Assembly: GCA_030167865.1 (NCBI GenBank)
Contig: JALAGF010005422.1
Span: 1-32,659 of the forward strand
DNA: 32,659 nt
From: Craspedostauros australis
Taxonomy: Eukaryota
Reading direction: 5' to 3'
How positions within the stretch are numbered: position 1 is the first letter of the stretch; every line of letters begins with the position of its first letter. Shown here in pieces: positions 20,981-32,659 of the stretch. The translations under genes were made by a program, and so were the position numbers. The notes under the pieces were generated by a model, which was not told the origin of the DNA, made no database searches, and was given only the letters and a program-made list of their open reading frames with translations.

Positions 20981-22918
20981 ATGTCGCTGACACAAGATGG
21001 AGTACGCACGATCATTGGGATGGAAAAGGGAGCAGACAACCCTGGGTTCCAGCCAATTCTGCAGGCGATCAGTGTCAAGCCCGTGTCGAAGGGCAATAAC
21101 GACAGATTCCGCGTCGTCCTGAGCGACGGAGCGCACTACATCCAGGGCATGCTGGCATCGCAGATGAATCACCTCGTCAAGAACAACGAGCTCAGGACGA
21201 ACAACCTCATCTGCATCAAGAACTTCATGAACAACGCAATTCAGGGACGCACCGTCACTATTCTGCTTGAAATCGAAGTGGTGGGCAACTCTGATGAACG
21301 TATCGGGAACCCAGCGAACATCGAGAAGGCAGGCAACGCCGCGTTGAACTCGGCCACAGCTGCGCACCAAAAAACACCAGCTGTTGCGCCAATGTATGGA
21401 TCCGGAGGCGCATCCGGCGCTGCTCCGAGCAGGCCAACGGCAACGCCGCCTCGAGCACCCTCATCGTCAGCATCATCTGCATCGCGGAGCAAATCGAATC
21501 CCTACGGATCGTCCAGCCCGTCTCGCATGGGGACGTCACGAACCCCCATCGCACGCAGCACCACCGCGAACGGCACGCCAATCACATCCATCGCTTCCCT
21601 CAACATGTACCAAAACCGATGGACCATCAAGGCGCGCGTCGTGTCCAAATCGGACATCCGTTCTTGGAGCAACTCCAAGGGTGAAGGCACGTTGTTTTCG
21701 GTGGAAGTGCTGGACTCCTCCGGCACCGATGTCAAGTGCACCTTCTTCCGCGAGGCCGTGGAGAAGTTCTACAACATGCTCGTGGTCGGCAGCGTCTTCA
21801 CGTTCTCCGGCGGACGCCTGGGCGTCGCCAACAGGAGGTACAACAGCTGCAAATCGCCACTGGAAATCACGTTCGATCAAAACGCCGAGATCCACCTGCA
21901 GGATGATGCCGATGACATCCAGGCGCAGAGCTTCGAGCTGGTCAAGATCGCCGACATCGAGACCGTGGAGGCGAACAAGACCGTCGACGTCATCGGAATT
22001 TGCAAGGACCCTGGGGAAGTCGTCAGCTTCATCGCCAAGAAATCGGGGCGCGAAATGACGAAGAGGGACGTCGAGATCGTCGACGACTCCACAGTGCAAA
22101 TCCGTGTGACGCTGTGGGGCCAGGACGCCGTGAACTTCGATCAGCAGTGCGAGATTGGCAAGGTTGTCGCATTCCGTCGCGCCAGAGTCAGCGATTACGG
22201 CGGCAAGACGCTGAGCGCATCGAGTGGCGGCACCATCATCGAGCCCAAGGTGCCCGAAACGGCGCAGCTCCAGCAGTGGTACAGCTCCAATGGTGGTGCC
22301 AACATGACGGCAAAGTCGCTGTCTAGCTCCGGCGGTACTGGAGGTCGCATGGACAGCTTCGCGGACCGCAAGGTCATCTCTGACATCAAGTCTCAGAACC
22401 TCGGCATGAACAGCGAGAAGGGTGACTATTTGTCCTTCAAGGGACACTTCACGTTCCTCCGAAAGTCCAAGGAAGGCGGCGCGTGGTACACAGCGTGCCC
22501 CAACCCGAAGGATCCCTGCCGCAACCGCTGCAAGGTGTCGCAAAACACCGAAGGCAGCTGGCAGTGTGATCGGTGCTCCGGTACCTACGCCACTTGTGAC
22601 CGCAAATGGATCTTCTCTGGCATCGTGACAGACGCAACGTCGTCCACGTGGGTTTCGATCTTCGACGAGCAGGCAACGCAGATGTTCAACGGTGCCACAG
22701 CGAACGATGTGTTTGCGGAGTACTCCATGAACCAAGACGCATACGACGGGCACTTCGCTCGCGCGAACTTCACGGAATGGATCTTCAAGTGCCGCGTTCG
22801 CAACGAGATGGTCAACAACGAACCTCGATTGAAGACGCAGGTTGTGAGGATGGACCCAGTCAACTACGTTCAGGAAAGCAATGACATGCTGGCAGCGTTG
22901 GAGAAGATGAAGGTGTAA
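20981..22918 (+). CDS. RPA1: Replication protein A 70 kDa subunit
   Basis: N-terminal OB fold (RFRVVLSDG…MLASQMN), low-complexity linker, DBD-A (LNMYQNRWTIKARV…GEGTLFS), DBD-B (VDVIG…VTLWG…VSDYGG), DBD-C with Zn motif (WYTACP…CKV…WQCDRC). Intronless CDS, 645 aa. Confidence 0.97.
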   Translation: MSLTQDGVRTIIGMEKGADNPGFQPILQAISVKPVSKGNNDRFRVVLSDGAHYIQGMLASQMNHLVKNNELRTNNLICIKNFMNNAIQGRTVTILLEIEVVGNSDERIGNPANIEKAGNAALNSATAAHQKTPAVAPMYGSGGASGAAPSRPTATPPRAPSSSASSASRSKSNPYGSSSPSRMGTSRTPIARSTTANGTPITSIASLNMYQNRWTIKARVVSKSDIRSWSNSKGEGTLFSVEVLDSSGTDVKCTFFREAVEKFYNMLVVGSVFTFSGGRLGVANRRYNSCKSPLEITFDQNAEIHLQDDADDIQAQSFELVKIADIETVEANKTVDVIGICKDPGEVVSFIAKKSGREMTKRDVEIVDDSTVQIRVTLWGQDAVNFDQQCEIGKVVAFRRARVSDYGGKTLSASSGGTIIEPKVPETAQLQQWYSSNGGANMTAKSLSSSGGTGGRMDSFADRKVISDIKSQNLGMNSEKGDYLSFKGHFTFLRKSKEGGAWYTACPNPKDPCRNRCKVSQNTEGSWQCDRCSGTYATCDRKWIFSGIVTDATSSTWVSIFDEQATQMFNGATANDVFAEYSMNQDAYDGHFARANFTEWIFKCRVRNEMVNNEPRLKTQVVRMDPVNYVQESNDMLAALEKMKV

Positions 22919-23613
22919 AGCAAATTGGCATCTCTGCCACAGCACTCCATACCGGTACATAACACCATATGAAGGCGGCTCTTGATCATGCTCCGCTGTC
23001 ACTGCTTGCTCTCGTTAGAGGAAAGACGGACGACACTAAATTGCATAGCCCTGCATTACTCGCGACAATTGTACTCGTACGTGGAGTAGAGCAGAGTATC
23101 ATACATGGAAACAGATAGAGTACGAGTGCTTCGAAGTTGCTGGGCACTCGGGAGTACATGCCGAGCGTGGCGGACTCCTCACATGCTGCACCGAGGGCGG
23201 TGCTACCCATCCTCTCGAAAGCGTGCTCCGCTATTCCGCCTTCGGCATGTTGCACGTCTTTTTCGTCATGTCGTACAGAACCGCGCTACAGCATGCGCTT
23301 GAGCATGGAGGTATTGGGACTACCTTCCCCCATTTACTAAGAGTTGTCTCACTCCAGAGAGGGTATGTGCCATTCTTCACTATCATATCATCACATGTTG
23401 TTGGGCGTTTCCGCGCTCCTCTAAAATACTGTTGGGGGACCATACTCTAGCACGTGTGGTGCTCATACCATACATATGGTGCTCCTCATCAGTCTTGCTA
23501 CTGCTGCTACTGCTGCTGCTACTGCTGATGGTGCTACGATTCCTCCTCCTCTTCGTCGTGGTCGTCGTCGTTGTCATCATTGTTCTGTTCGAGAGTTCAT
23601 GCCAGCAGCGCGT

Positions 23614-25875
23614 TCACATCGCCATCGGTTGGTGATGCTGCCGCAACAAGTTGCCAGCGATGTTGTAGCCGTCCTGGATGCCAAGCGGTTCACCCAGTGT
23701 TTGCTGCAGTCGCTTCGATGGGTGTCCGTTGTAGGCGGTTTGCCGGATCCATACCTGCGAAACGAACTTCGTATCGATGGCTGGCAGTGCCGCATGCAGG
23801 GCACGTTTGTCGAGCAACCCGTCGATCGTGGCAGGAAAGAAGACCAGTGCCTTGCCACGTCGTGGCTGCACCTTGAGATCGTTGAGCGCGGGGAACGCAG
23901 TCGCGCCACCCCGATCGACATCGTTGAGGTACACCAGGACGGTGACAACTCGCTGACCCCCGTTGGACGCAAATCTCCTCCCGTCTTCGTTGCTCAAATC
24001 AAATGCGTCAAAGTGCTGTCGTTCGCAGTCATCGTGGGGGTTTAGAGTACGCAGGGTGCGGGAAGCATGGATGGCGAAGTGAGATGGTGGCATTTCCTTC
24101 CAAAGTCTTTTGTTGAGGTTGTTGCCAAGTCCGATCAATGATCTTGTGGTTCAACATGATGCGCACTGTACTGCTGGCAGTATGAGCATGGTATGGTAGA
24201 ATACCAATTCATAGTACATACGCATATCGTAGTAGTATGCATTCCAATTACATAGAAGCACAAGTGCAAGCACAAGTGCAAGCACAAGTGCAAGCACAAG
24301 TGCAAGCACAAGTGCACATACTCGCACCGCACCATACCATCTGGCACAAACTCAAACTCAAACAATCATCCATCTCTCATTCCTCAATCCTGCATCTTTT
24401 GTTCGTCAACATAGAGCCGGGCATGACACAAAGCTGTGCTGTGATTGCTCTTCGTCTAATGATCCTCTTGAGCAGCCACGCTCCAAGAAATGAACGCCAT
24501 CAAGTCCAGCCAGGTCAAACATTGAAACCGATTCGACTGGACGCAATTACGATCAGTTGCGAGCACGGCTGGTGGAGTGGAGTGGAGTAGAGCAGCGCTG
24601 ACGTACCTGTAAATACTGTTGTGATGGAAGGTACCGCCCCACCTGCGGAAGCTCACAATGTTCAATGGGCTTCCCGGTCAACGCGGTGATCTTTCGCAAA
24701 TAGTCCGGCAGATCTTCTCTTGCAAGATAGCATGTGGTGCTGGTCCGGCTTGCAGACACCTCTCCAGCACCCTTGCCAACGACCGGTGCTGGACCCAAGG
24801 CATCCTGCGCTGCATTGATCAGGAAGTCGCACTCGAAGGGCGTCAAGAAGTTGTCGACTGTGAAGACAGGTGGGTCGGAGAGCACGACGTTGATGCCTGG
24901 GTACTGCGGGTTGATGCCGCTGTAGGTTGGCGGGACAGTGGGGCGATCCTGCACGGTGAGGGGAACGTTGAGGACTGGTGGCACTGCGGGTATTGGAGCG
25001 GTGATGGCGTAGGGTGAACCTGGCGTTAGTATCGTAGGGAACACGACTGGCATTATTGGGGCTGTAGCTGCGGCTGTAGTCGCTGTCGTTGCAGCGGCAG
25101 CGAGGAGCCCAGGGGCCAACTGTTGCAGATGCTGCAGACGTTGCAGATGGTGGTGTTGCTGCTGCAGGTATTGGTGCTGTTGCTGGCTCGGCAGAATGAT
25201 CGCTGCTGGGTATCCTGGACAGCCGTTCATGGATGATGCCAGCGACGAAGCCTGCAAGTGTCCTGGGATGAGATTGTGAGTGACAACCGCGGGAGCCGTA
25301 GCTGCGTTTGGGATCACATAAGCCGAGGATCCAAATGGCTGCTGCTGTTGCTGTTGATAAAACTGTTGCTGTTGTTGCTGCTGATGCTGTTGGAGAATGA
25401 CAGCAGCAGCTGCAGACACATCAAGTGCGTGTTGCTGCTGTTGTTGTTGTTGTTGTTGCTGCTGCAAGTGTTGATTCTGCGGTTCCGAAAGCGTTTGCGC
25501 CTGCATTGCGAGTGCCATCGGAATGTGGAATGCGTTTGGTTGGTTGACGTAGACATTCGCGCTGGTGCCCCCCAACCCAGCACTTGGGCCTGCTGCGGCC
25601 GCATTGGTCGCGGACACAGCAGCGTGGATGGTGGCGTCGGAGTTTGCATCGGCGTTTGCGTTGGTGTTGGGATCTGCGCCACCACCAATACCAGCACCGA
25701 CGGCGGAACCACAGCCATTCGCTGTCCCGTTGACGCCCGCTTTGTCGCACTTCTCATCGTCGGCACGCGCTGCGTCCGTCGCAGTCGTCATGGTCATCCC
25801 CGTTGCTGGTGTGTCTGGGTTCGCCATTCCGTTCTTCTTGCCGGCCTGCGGCTGCGCTTCGGGCTTCTTGTCCAT
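23614..25875 (-). CDS. Prolyl 4-hydroxylase (2OG/Fe(II) dioxygenase) with long low-complexity polyQ N-terminus (2 exons, ~556 aa)
   Basis: Exon 25875-24607 (…PPVFTVDNFLTPFECDFLI…RTSTT…ELPQVGRY…QQYLQ|GTACGT) joins in phase 0 to exon 24015-23614 (CAG|HFDAF…GGQRVVTVLVYLNDVDRGGATAFP…ALHAALP…KFVSQVWIR). HxD…H iron ligands and the 2OG-binding Lys are present. Confidence 0.92.
24256..24315. repeat. Tandem repeat (AAGCACAAGTGC)x5 in the P4H intron
   Basis: Five exact 12-bp units. Confidence 0.95.
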
Positions 25876-26659
25876 TTCTTCTCCTCACGTCTGATGTTTT
25901 GCCCGGGCTGGCCTCTCCTGCCTCTGCCTCTGCCTCTGCTTCTATCCAATGTTGCTCTAATGATCGTGATGTGTAGTGCTGGTTCTACGAGTCTTTGGTC
26001 TTCAGTGTACGATCCATGTACTATATGGGATGTGGGCAGGGGCTTTTGGCAGTCCCGGTGAGTCCTTCCCTCCAATGCTGCTTCTGACACTCTGCTGCCG
26101 TGTATAGTGGTGTGATGCGAGTTGTGCTGACTGCTGTGTTGGCGGAGGCGAACCCCCACAAACCACGCATCCCACACCACACACGGGAACAACAGGGGCA
26201 ACCACCAACGCAAACACACAACAGCGTCACATCAACAAACGCACTACATGACGAACGTAATTTCGCGACCGGGACATCTCTGCCGTTGCCACGACGGGAC
26301 GATAGCGAGGTGCAAAGTTAGTCCCATGATGACGTGTATCAGCCAATCATTTCACGTGAAACAAACACATCGGACGTCTGTACATCCATCCGTCGATATG
26401 CTCATGCACGATTGGCCACCCAAAACGAAGAAATCTTGCGATGTTGTCCAGAGTGTTTCTGCCACAAATCTCGAAAGGATGCCAGAAGAGACGCAAAAAA
26501 GAAACCAAAGAGAGGAGACCAAACAAGAGATCAAACAGGGCAACGGTGGCTGGAGTAGAGTGGAATACCATCCTATTGTATAATATTCTATTCTATTGTA
26601 TTCTATATTCCATTATATTATAATATTATACGATTTTCACCACAACAAGGCAAAGCATC

Positions 26660-28404
26660 ATGCAAAACCAGCAGCTCACGTCCACAACCGCCCCTGGCAA
26701 GCTGTTTGCATCGCGATCAGAGCTTGCGCAGCACTACAAATCGGAATGGCACAAGTACAATCTCAAACGTCGCGAGGCGGGGTTGGCGATGCTGGAGGAG
26801 CAGGACTTTCAGGCGCGCTGGGAGGCTGCGCTCGCGTTGCGAAAGGAGAATCAGGCCAGGGCAGCGGGTGGCAGTGGCAAGAGCGGTGGCAACGGCAAGA
26901 GCCATCTCAAGCAGGGCAACAAAGGCAAAAGCAAGAACAAGAGCAAGAAGCAGCATAAGAATCGAGAGGTATCGATCGCAGCTGCAACGCAGGCAGCTGG
27001 TGCCAACAAAACTGGGAACGCCACAGCCTCCGCCACCATGAAGACAGCCGTAGATATAGATGCAGATGCCGATGCCAATGCCAATGCCGATGGAGGTGAA
27101 AGCGAAGGCGATGATGACGCGGCAATGGTCACTCCCGAGGGACAAGCGCATGCGCAGCGCATGGCAGACAGCCAGCAGAATCCAGAAATCGACCCCAATC
27201 AATCCCTCTTCGACCAACACGTATCTGACTCCATCCAAGGCAACCTGAAATACATGCAGCACAAGTACGGCTTCTTTCTGCCAGATCAGGGTGAGTTGCA
27301 ACGTGTTGACATGGTGCTTTACAACTGAACCATGCTTCACTTGGCGTAGGTTCCTTCAGCGTGGTTTCTGTTTGCTCTACTCACATAGTGCTGCCAAGAG
27401 AGTACGTGCATTGCTTTCGGACAACTGTCATCCTTCAGCAATTCACGGTGCTGTGCCACACACGCGCCTGGAGCTATCTCTGACCGACCATCCCCATCAT
27501 CATCTACTCCCATGTCACATTCCATATGCCAACTGCTGCTATATCTCGCACGATGCGAGTAGAGCACCTGACCGATCTGGAGGGATTGCTTGGGTACAGT
27601 CACGAAAAGATCAAACTGGGCCATTTCTGCTTGTATTGCGAGAAAGTCTTCCCAACCTGGCAAGGTTGCCAAAAGCACATGATTGCAAAGAATCACACCA
27701 AGCTACGATACGAAAAAGGATACTGGGATGAATTGGACATCTTTTACGACTTCGAGGATGACGACGGCAACGACGGAGCGAAAAGACAGAAGGCCACCAT
27801 GGCCAAGAGCGGCATGGCACCCAAACATCAGAAAGATGGCGATGTTGTCATGGCAGATGGCGATAATGACGATGATGGCTGGGAGGACATGTCTGATGAC
27901 GGCAACAACGACGACGACGACGACGAGGCCCTTTACCGTGGGTACGAAGAGGAGATCGCACGATTCGGTTTGGATGTGACAGCGCTTGGAGAACTGGTCT
28001 TCCCTGACGGTCGCATCATCGGCCATCGCGCACTGAAGAAGTATTACGATCAGCGTGCGCGCCCCATGGTACATCAGGACTCCAGCGTTGCCATTGTTGC
28101 CGCAAGGCGTGCGGCAGGCGAGCGACTCTACGAAGGTCGCGTGGTCAATATCCACGGCCCTGTCAACGCCATTTCACGCGGGACGGAAAGCAAGGGCAGG
28201 GGCATTCTGGTGCGCAACAAGGACGGGGTCGAAGGCTTCTCAGCACTCTCCCTGTACCGGTACAGAGCCGCTGTTCGCAAGCAACGGCGCGGCGACGAGC
28301 AGGGACTTCGACTGAAGTACAGACAAAGCATGAACATCAACAAGATGGACAAGAAGCACAACCGTCTGATGAACGGAGTCAGCGTGGCGCACGCAGCAAG
28401 ATAG
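26660..28404 (+). CDS. REI1: Cytoplasmic 60S maturation factor, REI1/ZNF622 family (2 exons, ~490 aa)
   Basis: HYKSEWHKYNLKRR motif. Exons 26660-27290 (G|GTGAGT) and 27563-28404 (TAG|) join as YGFFLPDQ-EHLTDLEGLLGY. Also CLYC…CQKHMIAKNH, FYDF and ELVFPDGRIIGHRALKKYYDQ. Confidence 0.92.
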
Positions 28405-28803
28405 GACCATTCAACGAAGTCCAACCCCACTCCACTCAAGTGCGCACATCACTGCTTGTGCATTGGATTGGTGTTGCTCCTGCTGTTGCCTCGCTGTCTA
28501 TGGAGAGATGTGGAGTGTACGAGTACTTCAACATCAACAACTATCTGGAACGCTGATAAATCTGCTTTATGATTTTCCACAAGCCCAATTACCTTGAATA
28601 CATATTATATGGTGCGTACGATACCCCACTCTCTGGGACAGTCGTGCTCTGCTTTTACTCAGTTACCGTAGCACATGTACCAGTTTCCACTATTCCCGTA
28701 TCCGCATTCGCGTCTATGAATTACAGACAAGATTACTCGTACGAGCACCATACGAGTGCAAGGCAAGCACTCTGCTGCGGTCAACATCGAGAGACATGAG
28801 GCA

Positions 28804-30921
28804 TCAAACCTCAGTCGATGACGATCTCTGCGAGCGTGGAGTCATTGTCTCCATCTCCACTTCTGCTCGGGGAGATGTCGGTGCGGCCAATGGCAGGGAT
28901 TGCGATGATGCCGGTGGCGGTGTGTTGCTGCGCTGCGATAGTGGAGCAAAGCCTCTGCCCGCAAACACATTAAAAGGACATCGTGCTCCTCCGCCGCTTC
29001 GGCTCGCCCCGCTCAGTTCCGCATCGCTGCTGGACTGTGAATCGTCGGACACTGCGGACGCCTGTTGTTCCGAATGCGCCATGATGTGGGCGAGCACGTC
29101 GAATTTGCACAGTGGACAGTTGGGGTGTCGTTCCGTGAGCCAAGGCACGACGCAATCGCCATGGAAGCGGTGGTTGCATGGGAGTACTTTCACCATCTCG
29201 CCTTCCTCGAACGTGTCGAGGCAAATTGCGCAACAGTGCGCGGATCCGAGCATGTCATCGTCGTTGCCGTTGTCACCATTTTCGTTCGCGTTTTCATTGC
29301 TGTTGTTGAGTATACTCGCGCTTGTATCGATTGCTCTCACAGTGCTTGGATCCGTGCGTGAACCTTCATTTGCCGATGAGTCAAGGGTGTTGCTGTTGCT
29401 GTCACGGTCGCTATCACAGTTGCTTTCCAGATCAATACCAACACCCCCAACTTTGTCAGCACCATCGATGGCGGCAACGACAACGTTGGTGTTTCCATCC
29501 AAGGAGTTGCTGGGATTTCCACCTTGCTGCAGTGATGGTGTCGACGGCATTGGTGTCTTGGATGCTCTCGTTGCTGTACGACGAGTGGTACTCGTATCTC
29601 CACTCGTGGTTTCGGCGTGGAATGCTTCCTCCTTCAACGTTGCCACTTGTGCTTCGGTCAAGACGCCGGATTGAATCATGCGCCCAACGATAGGAATGTT
29701 TGATCCGCGCCTCCCCGTCACAATGAACACCCGTCCTCTCGCATCCGTGCGCAACGAGATGAGTCCGGTTTGTGCGCACAGGAGTATGCAGGCAAAAAAA
29801 AGCATGAAGGCCAGGAATCCCATCAATGCGGCAAGAAGGTATCCCGTCAGTGACAACCTCCCTGCTGCAGCTGGGTCGAACATGGGAACTCCATCTAGCT
29901 CGACCATAATCCCCTCGCTGACGCCGTCCGTTGCGTTGGCCTGTTTGCGGATCTCACGTCGAAGTTCTGTCCTTGCCGTTGGCGTTAGGATTCGTCATGT
30001 TTGACGTTGGCCGGTTGAGAGTTTGTGAGGTGGGCGAAAGGCACAGGGGAAAGGCGTTGTTGGAGTAGGCAGGAGAGCATCAGGGAGTGTGAGAGTGGTG
30101 GAGGCAGCAGGAGGAAAAGATGGGGGAAGGCAAGTGCTCCAGAGTATGCTCTCTATTGGTAGAGAGTATTATGGTATTATGTATTGCAATGACGAGTTCT
30201 CGGATATTGTTACATCAGGGTGTCGGTCATCAGACTCCACACGAACAACAGCTTGCTTGGTGTTATCGAACAACCAAGCACACAGAGCAACGTCTGAGAT
30301 TGACTTACCCATACCCGATGTGTATGAAACGAACAGCGGAGCATTTCCCTTCAACGCCGTGTCACTTCCCATGATGGTCAGATCATCGTTGGGCTTATCG
30401 TCGTAGATTATAACGTATTGGATGGAGGCTGACAAGGCGTAGGCCTGCACCGCCTTCTCCAAGAATGTGCAACCCTTTCGTTCCACCAGTAAAGCGATTG
30501 GAACGTCGCCTGTTGTGGTGGGAGACATAATGCTGGGAGGAATTCCGCCTGTGTGAGCATCTTGACTGCACATGCGAGGACGATCCTCGATGAAGTGCAG
30601 ACGAGCATGTTTGTAGATGCCCTTTTGCCATTGCGTGCCAAAGACCGCTGGGAGGCTAGCAAATGATGGATTCGCCGTTGCATTTGCATCAGTGTTGGTG
30701 ACGTTGTTGCTGTGGCTTTGGCTGTCGCTTCCGGGGGTGATTCCTTTCAAGATTGTCACAGCGGCATCAGTCGTTGGTAGGCTGAAGAGCATGGCGATCG
30801 AAAGGAGAACCACAAGGGCGCATCGGAGAGGCCTGCTGTTGTTCCTGCTGCGATTGCTTTTGATGAGTTTGCCTCTGATTGTGCGGCGTCCGCACATGGT
30901 GTGACGTGCAGCGATGGTCAT
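28804..30921 (-). CDS. PA-TM-RING-H2 E3 ubiquitin ligase (RMR/RNF13-like; 2 exons, ~591 aa)
   Basis: Exon 30921-30309 (hydrophobic signal; PA domain PAVFG…ALLVERKGCTFLEKA…VIIYDD…FVSYTSG; donor GTAAGT) joins in frame to exon 29966-28804 (TM YLLAALMGFLAFMLFFACILLC; RING-H2 CAICLDTF…LPCNHRFHGDCVVPWL…CPLC). Confidence 0.92.
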
Positions 30922-32303
30922 GTTGGCTGCAGGGCGGAGAGAGTGTCGCGTGGTATGGCTTGCTGCTTTTGGTGACGCTTTGCTGTTTCTGTCGTAGTGT
31001 GATGGGTAGATGCTTGTGCGATCGCGATCGTGAGTGCGGATGTGGTTTGGGTTGTATACGGAATATTATTATAGAATAATATAATGCGATGCAAAGTATA
31101 ATAATGTAATACAATATTGTACGAGTCTTCGTGCTGTCGTCAAGGTTGCTTGATGACGATCTCCTCGTGCCTGTGGATGTGATGCAATGGACTTGTCTCC
31201 ACTTTCGTGTCGTTTCCGGTCGTTTTGCGTCGCGTCGGCGTGTTTTCACGATCGCTGCCAGTCCAGTTTGTGTCCGATGTAGTCGATCAATCGGTTGTGC
31301 CTTCTGTCAATCCTGGTCGGACCTCTTGCACATGTGGTATCGTACGACTATGGTACCGTGTCCAACTTTGTTTTGGGTGTGATTGTATTATATAACGTGA
31401 TATGATATGATTGTTGTCGATGACACTTGGATCGTATCGAGCTCGGTCCGAAGTGATCCTGTTTGGGATTCACGCACAACGGATGATGAAGCGAGGGAGG
31501 AGAAGCAACGGTCACCTCTCGACTGTCTCCGCAATAGAAGTCCGACAGGTTTGCATCTGTGTTTGTAATATAGTCGTAATACTTGTTCGTCGCTGTGGTC
31601 GTAACTGTATTTGGAATCGGACTCGGAACTGAATTGCAATTGTGGCTGCAGGCTGGCGAGTTTGGGTGAATGTGTCTCCAGCTTGTGAATAACGGAACGG
31701 AACGTAGGAGGCAACGGAACGAGATGCGACGAGACAAGACGCGACGCAACATGTCACGCCATGGGCTCTCTGGAGAAGAGAAGCAGCGGATGTTGCTGCT
31801 GTTCGGGAGCTGGCTTCTCCCTCCTCGTGGCACGGTGGCGACAGCGGCGACAGTGGCGGCAGTTGGGAACAGACACACAAGAAGGTCGTTGTTGTCAGTT
31901 TTGGTGGGACTGCGTGTCATTCGTGGTTTCTGTTCGCAGTGTTCTCTCTGTGTGACAGTGTTCTGTACATGGTGGCGACTCGACCGACTCAAACCATCAT
32001 GCTGCGATGCATTCTGGGAAGATACCATCACCAACCAACCAGACAAACAGACAAACAGACGACCGAACAGAAAACGCGCCAACATTTCCATCATCCAACA
32101 CCGACGCAAATCAACGAAAGCGCCGAAAAGATACGATCTGTTCTGAGGATGCACAATACGCGCGCTGGTCCAAGAGGACGAGGAGCAAACCACAACAAAC
32201 TACTATTGCTGGAATATACTCGCACTATTTGGAGAGTAGCGCCATCGACAAAGCAAAGCAAAGCAAACGAGGGGAGCACTCTAGAGAATAATCGCCTACG
32301 ATC

Positions 32304-32387
32304 ATGCCGTTCGTTCATGTTACCTGGCTGCCAAAGGCTTGCCGCAACGCCAAGGTCCGCAAGGAGATCGCGGATGCCATCATCAAG
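32304..32387 (+). CDS. First exon of a probable tautomerase-superfamily (4-OT/MIF-like) protein; rest likely beyond the window
   Basis: MPFVHVTWLPKACRNAKVRKEIADAIIK followed by AAG|GTGAGT. Pro after the initiator Met, then a beta-strand and an amphipathic helix, as in the Pro-1 beta-alpha-beta unit. Confidence 0.65.
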
Positions 32388-32622
32388 GTGAGTGCCTACC
32401 TGCCTGCCTGCTTGTCTGCTTATTTGTTTGTTTGCGTCCTTCCATCCTTCCTTCCTTCCAGCCTTCATTTTTATTGCTTTTTCCAACTCATCAAGACGGG
32501 GAAGGTCACACCGTCATGCCTCATCGCACACCCCATACTCTCTTGCAGAGAAGCCTGTTTCCGTGCAGATGCCAGGAACCTCATAAAGAGTACGAATACA
32601 CCGACATGTTCCATCCTTGTGT

Positions 32623-32625
<3 letters not shown>

Positions 32626-32659
<34 letters not shown>
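32626..32659. repeat. (CA)17+ microsatellite at the window end
   Basis: Uninterrupted CA dinucleotide run. Confidence 0.98.

Noticed and set aside
21536..23002. 488-aa ORF antisense to RPA1
   Set aside because: Shadow frame produced by the codon bias of the real gene; no motifs.
24237..24590. ORF with QAQV repeats, and a possible CRISPR-like reading of the 12-bp repeat
   Set aside because: Simple spacer-less tandem repeat inside the P4H intron.
31348..32193. 281-aa minus-strand ORF between the RING and tautomerase genes
   Set aside because: No recognisable domain; composition reflects simple repeats in a divergent promoter/UTR region. Cannot be excluded without RNA data.
32550..32625. TTGCAG acceptor as exon 2 of the tautomerase
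   Set aside because: In-frame translation (RSLFPCRCQEPH…) does not resemble the expected second beta-strand and runs into a CA repeat.

Overview
Eukaryotic genomic DNA with GT-AG introns and microsatellite-rich intergenic stretches. The Ty1/copia clade and gene content suggest a diatom (inference). Positions 1-7188 hold a decaying CoDi-like Ty1/copia LTR retrotransposon (element A). Its 3' LTR is split by a second, related copia element (B) inserted in the opposite orientation with a 5-bp AAAAC target-site duplication. Every visible LTR end of both elements is TA...TA (TATTG/TAATG...CAATA) rather than TG...CA. A ~1.4 kb TIR element with TA flanks and an internal 27-bp perfect palindrome lies at 11704-13120. 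Host genes, with splice models built by eye: a 3-exon membrane-anchored coiled-coil/cyclophilin-like protein ending GDEL, a 2-exon neuroglobin-like globin, a C-terminal F-box/C2H2 protein, an ankyrin-repeat protein with an N-myristoylation motif, RPA1, a polyQ-extended prolyl 4-hydroxylase, a REI1/ZNF622 homologue with degenerate zinc fingers, a PA-TM-RING-H2 E3 ligase, and the first exon of a probable Pro-1 tautomerase. Two N gaps (6809-6858, 12304-12487) hide the interiors of element B and the TIR element. No database searches were run; family calls rest on recognised motifs.
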